Numbered from the stretch's first letter, positions 50,617 through 60,322 are shown. The stretch is DNA of 64,000 bases from an uncultured virus (IMG/VR IMGVR_UViG_2850711898_000002) (IMGVR_UViG_2850711898_000002); one strand, 5' to 3'. The notes: generated from the sequence alone by a model not told the origin. Made by a program: numbers and translations.

Positions 50617-52239
50617 ATGGGATTTATTGATAAGGTTAAAAACCTTTTAAAAGGTAATGAAACAGAGCCAACACAAACCGATGATGCAGAAGTAACTGCA
50701 ACGGGGCGTGTATTAGATGATCACCCCTCTGCAAAAATTACGCCTTCAAAATTAAAGCAGATTTTAGAGGATGCCGAAAACGGCGATATTCAGGCGCAGC
50801 ATCAACTTTTCATGGATATTGAAGAGCAAGATAGCAGCATTGCCGCCAATATGATGACACGTAAGCGTTCAGTTTTAACGCTAGATTGGCGTATTGTTGA
50901 ACCACGTAATGCAACCCCTGCAGAAGAAAAATTGCAAGCAGAAATTGATGAGTTATTTTATCAATATCCCAATCTTGAAGACTTGTTTATCAATTTAATG
51001 GATGCCGTGGGACACGGTTTTTCGGCGTTGGAAATTCAATGGGCGCAGGTGGATGGCAAATGGGTTCCAAAAGGCTTTAGACCTTGTCCGCAGTCTTGGT
51101 TTAAATTGGATAAAGACGATAGTTTATTATTACGCACGCCAGCGAATCAAATGGGCGAGCCTTTACGTCCTTTTGGCTGGGTGGTACATCGCCATAAATC
51201 TCGTTCGACACAGTTAGCTCGTGATGGCTTATATCGCACATTGGCATGGCTTTATATGTATAAGCATTATTCTGTGCGTGATTTTGCCGAGTTTTTAGAG
51301 CTTTATGGTATGCCGATTCGCATTGGTAAATATGGTGCTGGCGCCACTAATGCGGAGAAACGCACTTTACTGCGTGCGTTGGCTGAAATTGGGCATAACG
51401 CGGCAGGCATTATGCCTGAATCGATGCAGATTGAACTGCATAATGTCGCTAATGCAGGTGCTGCATCGGGTAATAATCCATTTTTACAAATGGTTGATTG
51501 GTGCGAGAAATCTATTGCTCGGTTGATTTTGGGGCAAACCTTAACATCGGGGGCGGATGGTAAAAGCTCCACCAATGCGTTAGGTAATGTGCATAATGAA
51601 GTGCATCGTGATTTGATGATTAGCGATGCGAAACAGATTGCGCAAACCATTACTCAACAAATCATTTTGCCGTATTTGCAAATTAATGTTGATCCGAATA
51701 TTGCGCCACATCGTATCCCTTATTTTGAGTTTGACACAAAAGAATATGAAGATTTATCGGTCTTTGCAGAAGCCATCCCTAAACTTACCGGCATTGGCGT
51801 GCAGATTTCTGAAAGTTGGGTGCGGGATAAATTAGGAATTCCTGAACCGCAGGAAGGCGAACTGATTTTAAGCACACCGCAAGGCGAGAAAACGGACGAA
51901 AAAACGACCGCACTTTCTGCCGTGTTTAATCACGGCAAAGGCTGTACTTGCGGTTGTCGTGCTGCTGCGTTGTCGGCGCAGAATGGTAAAAAGGACGAAC
52001 AAGATGAATTAGACGGTTTGATTGATGATGCACTGGCAAATGCGGATTTTAATCAACAACTTGATCCTATGATGAAACAAATTGTAGGGGTGGTCATGGC
52101 AAGTGAAAGCTATGACGAAGCACAGGAAAAACTGATCGCACTTTATCCTGATTTAACCAGTGAAAGCCATCAAGCCTATTTGGCAAGTGCGGTATTTTTA
52201 GCTGATTTATTAGGAGCAGCCAATGCCGAGCGCACCTAA
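50617..52239 (+). CDS. Portal protein gp29 (DUF935)
   Basis: ELYGMPIRIGKY, ILGQTLTS, ALGNVHNEV. Confidence 0.92.
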   Translation: MGFIDKVKNLLKGNETEPTQTDDAEVTATGRVLDDHPSAKITPSKLKQILEDAENGDIQAQHQLFMDIEEQDSSIAANMMTRKRSVLTLDWRIVEPRNATPAEEKLQAEIDELFYQYPNLEDLFINLMDAVGHGFSALEIQWAQVDGKWVPKGFRPCPQSWFKLDKDDSLLLRTPANQMGEPLRPFGWVVHRHKSRSTQLARDGLYRTLAWLYMYKHYSVRDFAEFLELYGMPIRIGKYGAGATNAEKRTLLRALAEIGHNAAGIMPESMQIELHNVANAGAASGNNPFLQMVDWCEKSIARLILGQTLTSGADGKSSTNALGNVHNEVHRDLMISDAKQIAQTITQQIILPYLQINVDPNIAPHRIPYFEFDTKEYEDLSVFAEAIPKLTGIGVQISESWVRDKLGIPEPQEGELILSTPQGEKTDEKTTALSAVFNHGKGCTCGCRAAALSAQNGKKDEQDELDGLIDDALANADFNQQLDPMMKQIVGVVMASESYDEAQEKLIALYPDLTSESHQAYLASAVFLADLLGAANAERT

Positions 52240-53524
52240 GTTTGCCATTGGCGTAGAACCCAAACAAGCCATTGAGTTTTTGCGCCAAAAGAAAATGCTT
52301 GCCAGCAAGGTGTTAGTAAAAGAAATGCAGGATAGCGCATTGGCACGTGCCACGACAATTGCGCGCTTAACAAGTCTTGATATGACAAAGGATATTTACC
52401 AATCTTTAGAAACCGCTATGCGTGAGGGCAAAGGCTTTCACGCTTGGAAAAAAGAACTGGTGAGTGAATTTGAACGTAAAGGCTGGATTTTTGGGAAAGA
52501 TCCGTCTATTCGTGGTATTGATGGGCATTTACTGGCAGATCCAAAAACAGGGGAATATTTTGGCACGCCGCGTCGGTTAAATACGATTTATCGTGTCAAT
52601 ATGCAGTCAGCTTATTCGGCTGCACGTTATCAACGCTTGCGTGATAACGTGGATAATCGCCCTTATTGGCAATATTCCGCCGTGGGGGATGCACGTACTC
52701 GCCCTGCCCATTTAGCATTGAGCGGTAAGGTGTATCGTTATGATGATCCGTTTTGGGCGACATTCTATCCGCCTAATGGGTTTAATTGTCGCTGTACGGT
52801 GATTGCGTTAGGCGATAGAGATTTGAAACGCCGTGGGATTGATAAGCCTGACGATAGTTCTGAATTTTTGGTGGAAGTAGAACGCCCTGTGGATAAGCAA
52901 GGTAATCGTGAAAAGACGGTAGGGTTTAAATTACCTGATGGCACGGTACGTGTGACGGATAAAGGCTTTGATTACAATGTGGGGAGATTAAACTACAAGC
53001 CTAATTTAGATCTTTATCCTGAAAAACTGGCGCATGCGTTTGCGAAGGTTGAGATGAAAGGTGGGGAGTTTAAGCACGATTTTGAATTTTTGGCAAAGCA
53101 TGTGGCGGAGATGAAACAAACGCTCAGCCCTGAAGGAAAAAAACTCACTGCTGATCAAATGTTACAGGTGCGTGATAGCCTTACCAAAAATTTTAAATTT
53201 GCAGCAGGTGTCTTGAGTGCGGAAAGTAAGGATTTTTTGAAAAGCAAAACTGGCACAGTGTGGCTTTCTGATGATACTTTAATTAAGCAATTTAATAGCC
53301 GTGATGGGCAAGATTTTGGGATTGATGAGTATGAGGCGTTGCCAGATATCATCAATGCTCCAGATAAAATTGTAGTCGATGAACTAGGATACCAATTTTA
53401 TAAGGATGTTAAGGGTAAGAAACTGCTTGCAGTATTGAAAGTTTTAAGCAAAGAACCAGAAATTTTTGTTCAGTCGTTTAGATTAGTGAGTGATAAGCAA
53501 TGGAGAAAGGCATTTAAAGAGTAA
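52223..53524 (+). CDS. MuF minor head protein with a C-terminal putative PBECR2-like (RNase-fold) extension
   Basis: RLNTIYRVN, RTRPAH, PPNGFNCRC; ~150-aa extension ending VWLSDDTLIKQ..EYEALPDII..IFVQSFR. Confidence 0.82.
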   Translation: MPSAPKFAIGVEPKQAIEFLRQKKMLASKVLVKEMQDSALARATTIARLTSLDMTKDIYQSLETAMREGKGFHAWKKELVSEFERKGWIFGKDPSIRGIDGHLLADPKTGEYFGTPRRLNTIYRVNMQSAYSAARYQRLRDNVDNRPYWQYSAVGDARTRPAHLALSGKVYRYDDPFWATFYPPNGFNCRCTVIALGDRDLKRRGIDKPDDSSEFLVEVERPVDKQGNREKTVGFKLPDGTVRVTDKGFDYNVGRLNYKPNLDLYPEKLAHAFAKVEMKGGEFKHDFEFLAKHVAEMKQTLSPEGKKLTADQMLQVRDSLTKNFKFAAGVLSAESKDFLKSKTGTVWLSDDTLIKQFNSRDGQDFGIDEYEALPDIINAPDKIVVDELGYQFYKDVKGKKLLAVLKVLSKEPEIFVQSFRLVSDKQWRKAFKE

Positions 53525-53620
53525 GCCACTAGGCGGGGCTCGAACCCACCGCACACAGTCCAAGGTACTATTCAACCTATCGCTTGCGATCCTCGAGATT
53601 CATCGCTTTTCTAGTGGCTT
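53523..53620 (-). ncRNA. Candidate tRNA-like small RNA
   Basis: Acceptor-like stem, D-like arm and GTGGG-TTCGAGC-CCCGC T-arm; predicted own sigma70 promoter. Confidence 0.55.
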
Positions 53621-53624
53621 GACG

Positions 53625-53653
53625 ACTATACCCCCTTAAATTTAAAAAATCAA
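53625..53653 (-). promoter_or_regulatory. Minus-strand sigma70 promoter TTGATT-17-TATAGT
   Basis: Plus-strand AATCAA at 53648-53653 and ACTATA at 53625-53630. Confidence 0.6.
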
Positions 53654-53658
53654 CGATT

Positions 53659-54075
53659 ATGATAGACATTGAAATCAATAATGCGCAAGAAGTTACCGCC
53701 TTGCTTGAACGATTAGCGCAAGCCACAGCACATCGTGCGCCTTTAATGCGTAGCATTGCAGGCACAATGGAATCGGCTGTCACGCAGAACTTTGAAGTGG
53801 GTGGTCGTCCTGAGTGGAAGAAATTAAAGCTTCGCCAAGGTACGCCTTTGGTGGATACTGAAAACTTGATGGCGAGCATCACTTCTGAATATAATAACAA
53901 TGAAGCCATTGCGGGGACGAATGAGCCTTACGCAGCTATCCATCAATTCGGGGGTAAAGCTGGACGAGGTCGTAAAGTAGAGATTCCGGCACGTCCTTTT
54001 TTGGCTTTAACACCTCAAGATGAGGCAGATATTTTGGAAGATATACAAGACTACTTCCAACGCTTAATTAAATAA
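53659..54075 (+). CDS. Virion morphogenesis protein G (gp31)
   Basis: GTNEPYAAIHQFGG, IPARPFL. Confidence 0.9.
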   Translation: MIDIEINNAQEVTALLERLAQATAHRAPLMRSIAGTMESAVTQNFEVGGRPEWKKLKLRQGTPLVDTENLMASITSEYNNNEAIAGTNEPYAAIHQFGGKAGRGRKVEIPARPFLALTPQDEADILEDIQDYFQRLIK

Positions 54076-54276
54076 ATCAGAAAATCGCTCTAAATCGCAC
54101 GTAGGGCGATTTTTTACTTTTATGGTATAAGATTTCATCTTTAAATTTTTAAAACAATTTAAAACGGTTTTAAAGCGTTTTAAAATGGGTTTGGGTTGTT
54201 TTCAATCATTCAATCTTTCACGTCTTTAATGTGAGGCTTGTTCCTCATTGTCTAAAATTTCAAATTATTTGGTTGC

Positions 54277-54321
54277 GCTGAAGCCAGTCATCTCTTGTTA
54301 TCTTGTTCAATTCGATATTCT
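54277..54321 (+). promoter_or_regulatory. Candidate activator-dependent late promoter (I)
   Basis: GCTGAAGCCAGTCATCTCTT, with TATTCT starting 39 nt after the motif start. Confidence 0.5.
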
Positions 54322-54354
54322 GAAACCCTAGATTAAGTTTTTAAGAGGTTTCAG

Positions 54355-55392
54355 ATGAAATTAACAGTTGCCGCTTGTAGTTTTGAAATTAACAAGGCGA
54401 AGTATGGTCGTATCCAACTTTTACCTTATGGCAAATTTCGCGCCGCAGACGGCAGACCAACCGATGTGGAGGCATGGTATGTAACAGATACAAATGGCGC
54501 GGATGTGGTGGCGTTGGCAAATAATCAACGCAATCCCCTTCCTATTGACTATGAACACCAAATTATTCACTCCCTAAAAAACGGCAAAGAAGCACCGAGT
54601 GCGGGCTGGATGGAATATTTCTATTTTACCCCACAAGGGATTTTTGCTGATGTGCGTTGGACTGATAAAGCCGCGGACTATATCAAAAATGGCGAATATC
54701 GTTATATCTCGGCTGTGTTTGCTTACGACACAGAGGGCTATGTTCGCAAGATCTTTCATGCTGCATTAACCAATACGCCTGCTTTAGATGGCATGGAGGA
54801 AGCAATGGTGGCAGCCAGCGTGAATTTGTTACAAGAGGACAATCCAATGAATAAAAAATTATTGGCAGCATTATGCACACTGTTTGTTTTAAAAGCAGAT
54901 GCGAGTGAAGCTGACATTACGGAGAAAGTGACCGCACTTTCGGCAGCTAAAGGCGATAGCTCTGTGGACGTGTTAGATGTTTACGCAAAATTAGCTGAAA
55001 AAGAACAATCAGTGGCAGCGTTATCCACACAAGTGGGCAACCCTGATCCTGCTAAATTTGTGCCAGTCGAACAGGTAGCCGCATTACAGGCTGATTTTAA
55101 TGCGCTTAAAACATCTGTAGAAGCGGACAAGAAAGCGGCATTAATCACAGCAGCATTATCGCAAGGCAAACTGGCTCCTGCATTAAAAGATTGGGCGCAA
55201 AGTTTATCTGTTGAAGCATTAAGTGCTTATTTAGAAAAAGCACCTGCAATGGCCGCATTAAGTGGTGAGCCGCAAGCAAAAGGCGACCCAGAGCAGAAAG
55301 TGGCAGCGTTAAGTGCTGCAGAGAGTGCCGCAGCAAAAGCGTTAGGCTTAAGCGAAAAAGATTATATGGCAACCTATAAGGAGCAAAAATAA
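54355..55392 (+). CDS. Prohead protease I (gp32); internal in-frame scaffold start at 54847
   Basis: IDYEHQ, APSAGW, EYRYISAVF, ALTNTPAL; GAGGA RBS before ATG 54847. Confidence 0.9.
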   Translation: MKLTVAACSFEINKAKYGRIQLLPYGKFRAADGRPTDVEAWYVTDTNGADVVALANNQRNPLPIDYEHQIIHSLKNGKEAPSAGWMEYFYFTPQGIFADVRWTDKAADYIKNGEYRYISAVFAYDTEGYVRKIFHAALTNTPALDGMEEAMVAASVNLLQEDNPMNKKLLAALCTLFVLKADASEADITEKVTALSAAKGDSSVDVLDVYAKLAEKEQSVAALSTQVGNPDPAKFVPVEQVAALQADFNALKTSVEADKKAALITAALSQGKLAPALKDWAQSLSVEALSAYLEKAPAMAALSGEPQAKGDPEQKVAALSAAESAAAKALGLSEKDYMATYKEQK

Positions 55393-56315
55393 TGGATAAA
55401 TTCAAAAAATCGGAACTTTTAAAAGCCCTTGATGAAGCCTTTAAAAAAGACTTTGCAAGCGGTTTAAACGTGATTAATCCTCAATGGTCAGAAATTGCTA
55501 TGAAAATTGCAAGTTCTACCGAAACCAATACTTACGGTTGGTTAGGGCATTTCCCAAAATTGCAAGAATGGGTGGGTAAACGTCGTTTACGCAAAATGCA
55601 AGCGCAAGGTATGCAAGTATCGAATAAGTTGTTTGAAAGCACTGTTGCTATCCCACGCACCAATATTGAAGACGACCAGGTCGGCTTATTTAGTCCGATG
55701 GTAAAACAAATGGGACAAAGTGCGGCGGAATTACCTGATGATTTAGTATTTGGCTTAATTAAACAAGGTAAAAGCACCCTTTGCTATGACGGGCAGAATT
55801 TCTTTGATGACGATCATCCTGTTTTTGCGGAAGTCGATGGCACAGGCAATCAAACCACGCAAAGTAATATTACCAAAGGCAGTGCAGCAGGAAAACCAGC
55901 GTTTTATTTGTTGGATACGACGAATGCCGTGAAGCCGTTTATTTGGCAAGAACGCTTAACCCCTGAAATTGAGACGAAATTTGATCCGTCTAAATCCGAT
56001 ACGGTATTTATGGAAGATACCTATATTTGGGGCGTGCGTGCGCGTGGTAATGCAGGTTTTGCATTCTGGCAACTTGCTCACCGTGTGGAAGACAGCGAAT
56101 TAACTGAAGATGTCTTAATGGGCGTGTTGGAGAAAATGAAATCCTTAAAAGGCGATGGTGGTAAATTATTGAGCATTCGACCGAATGTGTTATTGGTGCC
56201 GCCTTCTCTTGAGTATACCGCAAAAAAATTAGTGGAAGCCGACATTATCAACGGCACCAGCAATGTGTTGAAAGGGACGCTTAAAGTGATGGTGTCTTCA
56301 CAGATTGTGGAGTAA
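55392..56315 (+). CDS. Major head protein T (gp34)
   Basis: TYGWLG..P.L.EWVG, IEDDQ, CYDGQNFFD. Confidence 0.92.
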   Translation: MDKFKKSELLKALDEAFKKDFASGLNVINPQWSEIAMKIASSTETNTYGWLGHFPKLQEWVGKRRLRKMQAQGMQVSNKLFESTVAIPRTNIEDDQVGLFSPMVKQMGQSAAELPDDLVFGLIKQGKSTLCYDGQNFFDDDHPVFAEVDGTGNQTTQSNITKGSAAGKPAFYLLDTTNAVKPFIWQERLTPEIETKFDPSKSDTVFMEDTYIWGVRARGNAGFAFWQLAHRVEDSELTEDVLMGVLEKMKSLKGDGGKLLSIRPNVLLVPPSLEYTAKKLVEADIINGTSNVLKGTLKVMVSSQIVE

Positions 56316-56378
56316 TCCGTCTCTTTCCTTGCCTTCCCTCGCTTGCGAGGGAAAGCAAGAAATGACTAGGAGGAAGCT

Positions 56379-56684
56379 ATGGCAAAGAAACAGCAAAACA
56401 AGACAGACGATGAAGTGAAAACCGATTCTGCGGAAAACACCACAGAAACCGACCGCACTTTAGACGAGTTGGATGAGACGCCCAAAGGTAGTGATGCGAT
56501 TCATCCCATTGCCTATGCGGTGACGTTACGTGCAATTCATCCGCAAGCCTCTTATGGTCGCTGCGGCTATCGTTTTAACAAAGAAAGTGCGGTGGAAATT
56601 CCAGTTGAAAACTTGACGGGTGAGCAAGTCATTATGCTTGCTGAAGATCCCTGGTTAGAACTTATTCCTATCTGCGAAAAATAA
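56379..56684 (+). CDS. gp35-like protein
   Basis: YGRCGYRF, LAEDPWL. Confidence 0.7.
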   Translation: MAKKQQNKTDDEVKTDSAENTTETDRTLDELDETPKGSDAIHPIAYAVTLRAIHPQASYGRCGYRFNKESAVEIPVENLTGEQVIMLAEDPWLELIPICEK

Positions 56685-56690
56685 GGATGA

Positions 56691-57125
56691 GTGATGCATT
56701 ACGCCAGTGCAGAAGATTTTGTGTTACGCGTAGGGGAAGTGCAAGCCATTGAACTGACCGACCGTGATTTGACTGGGCAAGTTAATGACAATTTGCTTGA
56801 TGTTGCATTGTCTGACAGCTCAAGCCAAATTGATGGTTATTTGGCAGCACGTTATACCCTCCCTCTTGTGAGTGTGCCACAAAACTTGGTGCGACTTTGT
56901 TGTGATTTGGCACGTTATCGTTTAGCGAGTATGTCTCGTGTGACGATTCCAGAAGAAATTATTACACGCTATAAATTAAGTTTAAAAGAACTTGAGGATA
57001 TCAGTGTGGGTAAGATTTCACTGGGGTTGCCACCTACAGAGAATAATGATGCCAACGAACACGACAATAGCGTGATTTTTACCAATCCGAAAAACAGGAT
57101 TTTTGCGCGTGATCACTCAAATTGA
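56691..57125 (+). CDS. gp36 (DUF1320) head completion protein
   Basis: IDGYLAARYTLPL, CCDLARYRL. Confidence 0.85.
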   Translation: MMHYASAEDFVLRVGEVQAIELTDRDLTGQVNDNLLDVALSDSSSQIDGYLAARYTLPLVSVPQNLVRLCCDLARYRLASMSRVTIPEEIITRYKLSLKELEDISVGKISLGLPPTENNDANEHDNSVIFTNPKNRIFARDHSN

Positions 57126-57771
57126 AAATGCCCTTGTAGAACGCCTACAGCGTGGCTTAGGGCGTTTAGTCAATACCGTTAAAAGCTATGGTGGCGAGCT
57201 CGATGATGAAAGTCTTGGAACATCACGTTTGCCGATGTGTTTAGTCACTTTTGGGGGCGCACGTATCGAACGTATGGGCACCAATTTGAAACGACATCAA
57301 TCCACAGCAAACTTTGTCATTATCGTGGCAGTAAATAGCTTGCGTAGCAATATTGCTGCACGACAAGGCGGAGCGGATAAACGAGAGGTGGGCGTTAATC
57401 AGTTGATTACAGCAGTACGCCGTTTGTTAGATGCGCAAACCTTAGGGCAATTAGTCAAGCCACTGAAACCGACTAGGGTGCGCACGCTTTTTAATAATGC
57501 CACTTTTAAAGGCGGTGCGATAACGGCTTATGCGATTGAGTATGACGCAGTCTATGAGGATTTAAGCCCGTTAGAAGATGGCCGTTATCCTGAAATGACA
57601 CAGGATAGCAAAAATCCTGATTATCTGTTTACGCATTATCATGGTGAGCTATCGCCACCAGATCCGATGTTAGAACGTATTGGTAACAACATTTATGACC
57701 CAATAAGCGGTGCCAAAGTGCCGTTTGAGGTGGAGACACAAAATGAAAGTGAAAGCAGCAATAGGCATTAA
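57109..57771 (+). CDS. gp37 (DUF1834) tail completion protein
   Basis: ITQIENAL, VKSYGGELDD. Confidence 0.8.
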   Translation: MITQIENALVERLQRGLGRLVNTVKSYGGELDDESLGTSRLPMCLVTFGGARIERMGTNLKRHQSTANFVIIVAVNSLRSNIAARQGGADKREVGVNQLITAVRRLLDAQTLGQLVKPLKPTRVRTLFNNATFKGGAITAYAIEYDAVYEDLSPLEDGRYPEMTQDSKNPDYLFTHYHGELSPPDPMLERIGNNIYDPISGAKVPFEVETQNESESSNRH

Positions 57772-57925
57772 GGTGCCGATGGAACATCAGCCTTATACCT
57801 ATATTGAACAAGTACCGGTAGAGGTAGAGCCGTCGATTTATTATCAACGTCGTATTAATGATGGCGATTTGATTGTAATCACAGAAACACGTTCTCGTAA
57901 AGAAAAGGAGAAAGACAATGGCTGA
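57743..57925 (+). CDS. gp38 (DUF2635)
   Basis: KVPME..YYQRRINDGDL. Confidence 0.8.
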   Translation: MKVKAAIGIKVPMEHQPYTYIEQVPVEVEPSIYYQRRINDGDLIVITETRSRKEKEKDNG

Positions 57926-59333
57926 AATGAATATTGATTTTGATAATATCCCGACGAGTCTTCGTAAACCGGGTGTTTATACAGAATACAACTCACGCAA
58001 TGCAGTGAGTACTTTGCCAACAAATGAGCAAAACGTCTTAATTGTGGCACCAATGTTAAATGCAACAAAAGCATTTAGCGCACCGACACCGATTTATTCA
58101 GATGTGGATGCGAAAAATACATTTGGTGCTGGGTCTTGGGCTCACTTAATGGCGCGTATTGCTATCCAAAATAATGCCATAATCCGTTTAACGGTGATTG
58201 GTTTAAAAGAGAGTGATTCAGGTGTGGCGGCAACTGGCACCATTACGCTAACAGGCACAGCAAGCAATGCAGGGGTGCTTAAAGTTATCATTGGTGGTCT
58301 TGATTATGCGGTGGCAATTGCTAAATCGGAAACCGCTGCCAACATTGCCACCCGTTTAAATGCAGTGATTAATGCAGGGGAATATTGTCCTGTCAGTGCG
58401 ACAGTCAATGAAGGTACTGTTACGCTTACTGCGAAATGTAAAGGCGAAATTGGCAATGAGATTAGTGTCAATGCCACATTAAGCGTAAATGATATGGCAG
58501 TGAATGTTTCTGCCCTTGCAAATGGTGCCGAAAATGCCGATTTAGCAGCGGCATTAGCATCTGTAGCTGGTCAGCATTATCACGTGATTATCTCCCCTTT
58601 TGCGGATGATAAAAATGCGAAAGCCTTGCGCGAACATTTAGAGTCGGTCGCAAGTCCTGTTGAGAAAAAACCAGGTGTTGGCGTATTAGGTTTTAATGGC
58701 ACATTGGCAAGCGGAACTACTTATACCGAAAAGATCAATGCGAATCGCATTACAGTGGGTTGGTATAAAGGGGCGGTGGAATCTAATGCCTTAATCGCTG
58801 CGGGATATGGGGCGGTTATTGCTGGCGAAGAAGACCCAGCTAAACCGTTAAATACGCTTGAGATTAAAGGTTTAACCCCTGTTGATGCCACTCAAACACC
58901 GTTAAAAACCGAAGTCAATCAGGCGTTATTCCACGGTTTAACCCCTATTACAGTGGTAAATAATCGTGTGCAAATTATGCGTGCAATTACGACTTATACC
59001 AAGTCACCTGCGAATGTAGATGATCCTGCGTGGTTAGACTTAACCACAATTCGCACACTTGATTATACGCGTAAAGCCATTGAACAGCGTATTGAGTTAC
59101 GTTTCCCTCGTGCGAAATTATCTAATCGCACCCCACCAAAAGTGCGGTCGGAAATCCTTGATGTGCTCTATCGTTTAGAGCAACAAGAGATTTTAGAAAA
59201 TGTGGATGCGAACAAGGGTAAATTGCTTGTTGTTCGCAATGGCAAAGATCCAAATCGTTTAGATACGGCAATCCCAGCTGATGTGGTAAATGGCTTACAC
59301 GTTGTCGCTAACCGAATTGATTTAATTTTATAG
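57918..59333 (+). CDS. Tail sheath protein L
   Basis: FDNIPTSLRKPGVYTEY, FGAGS, DVVNGLHV. Confidence 0.92.
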   Translation: MAEMNIDFDNIPTSLRKPGVYTEYNSRNAVSTLPTNEQNVLIVAPMLNATKAFSAPTPIYSDVDAKNTFGAGSWAHLMARIAIQNNAIIRLTVIGLKESDSGVAATGTITLTGTASNAGVLKVIIGGLDYAVAIAKSETAANIATRLNAVINAGEYCPVSATVNEGTVTLTAKCKGEIGNEISVNATLSVNDMAVNVSALANGAENADLAAALASVAGQHYHVIISPFADDKNAKALREHLESVASPVEKKPGVGVLGFNGTLASGTTYTEKINANRITVGWYKGAVESNALIAAGYGAVIAGEEDPAKPLNTLEIKGLTPVDATQTPLKTEVNQALFHGLTPITVVNNRVQIMRAITTYTKSPANVDDPAWLDLTTIRTLDYTRKAIEQRIELRFPRAKLSNRTPPKVRSEILDVLYRLEQQEILENVDANKGKLLVVRNGKDPNRLDTAIPADVVNGLHVVANRIDLIL

Positions 59334-59342
59334 GGGGCGTAA

Positions 59343-59714
59343 ATGGAAAAATATGCTGGAATGGCGGTGTTAGAAGTAAATGGCGTTGAATTTGAAATTA
59401 CCGATTTAAATGTCACAAAACAAACTGGGCGTAAATTAGTCAAAACCATGAACTCTGAAGGTCGTGCACGTGGTTTTGCCAAAGGCATTACGACCTGGGA
59501 GCTGTCAGTGACTGCTGCTCTGCCGATTGATGGTTCAGAGATTGATTGGGCTGGTATCAGTGATGCGAAAATCACGGTCTATCCGCTTAATCAAGAAGAT
59601 AAGCGTATGTCTTACCTTGGTTGCTTTACTACCCAAGTAGGCGAGAAATACACGGTGGATAACGAAGCCGTTATTGATATCCAGATGAATGCGCTTAAAG
59701 AGGTAAAAGAATAA
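59343..59714 (+). CDS. Tail tube protein M
   Basis: Follows the sheath gene; size. Confidence 0.8.
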   Translation: MEKYAGMAVLEVNGVEFEITDLNVTKQTGRKLVKTMNSEGRARGFAKGITTWELSVTAALPIDGSEIDWAGISDAKITVYPLNQEDKRMSYLGCFTTQVGEKYTVDNEAVIDIQMNALKEVKE

Positions 59715-60055
59715 TGCGTTTACTTCTTGGTATCTCTTATGAAGACAAGCGTTATTTTGACTTTGGCGTGCGATTACTAACCTTGGGTGGCGAATGTGCT
59801 GCCCTTGAGAAAGTCGCCGAGCTTGGTTTAGATGAGAAAGAAAACCTCACGAAAGCGGAGCAAATGCTCGTGGACTTGGCTTATTTATCTGAACAGCTTG
59901 ATATTATCGGTCTTGCGCAAGATAAGCTCACGCCACAGTTTTTACTGGATAACCTTGCCACGGATGATTATGTGCTGATTACGCAAGCTATCGCAGAACT
60001 GCGAAAAAAGCACATCGACGCTGGGGAAAACCCGAGCAAAGCCGAAACCGAATAA
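59714..60055 (+). CDS. Tail assembly chaperone
   Basis: Position; slippery A AAA AAG at 60004-60010. Confidence 0.7.
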   Translation: MRLLLGISYEDKRYFDFGVRLLTLGGECAALEKVAELGLDEKENLTKAEQMLVDLAYLSEQLDIIGLAQDKLTPQFLLDNLATDDYVLITQAIAELRKKHIDAGENPSKAETE

Positions 60056-60276
60056 AACAACATTACGGTGTGTTTGATGCCGAGAAAAATTACCGAAGTG
60101 CGGTTATTTTATTGGCTAAATTTGGGTTTACTGCTGAAGAAGTACGAGCAATGTGTCACGCTGAAGTTGCTGCGTGGGTGGCAAGTTGGCAACATTCGCA
60201 AGGTATTAAAACTCAGTCAGAAAAAGGCAACACGGTGCATTACAACCTTATGCGTCGTAAAACTAAGGGGGCGTAA
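60010..60276 (+). CDS. -1 frame extension of the tail chaperone
   Basis: Open -1 frame from the slippery site to the stop at 60276. Confidence 0.6.
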   Translation, partial: AHRRWGKPEQSRNRIKQHYGVFDAEKNYRSAVILLAKFGFTAEEVRAMCHAEVAAWVASWQHSQGIKTQSEKGNTVHYNLMRRKTKGA

Positions 60277-60322
60277 GCCCCTTTTTTTGTGGATTTAAAA
60301 TGAGTTTAAAGAGGGTTTAAAA

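Noticed and set aside
53523..53620. Canonical tRNA gene or attachment-site tRNA fragment
   Set aside because: No CCA end and no standard anticodon arm, and Mu-like phages do not integrate at tRNAs; kept only as a tRNA-like RNA candidate
53577..53909. Minus-strand 110-aa ORF as a MuF immunity protein
   Set aside because: Antisense shadow of gene G that starts upstream of the minus-strand promoter
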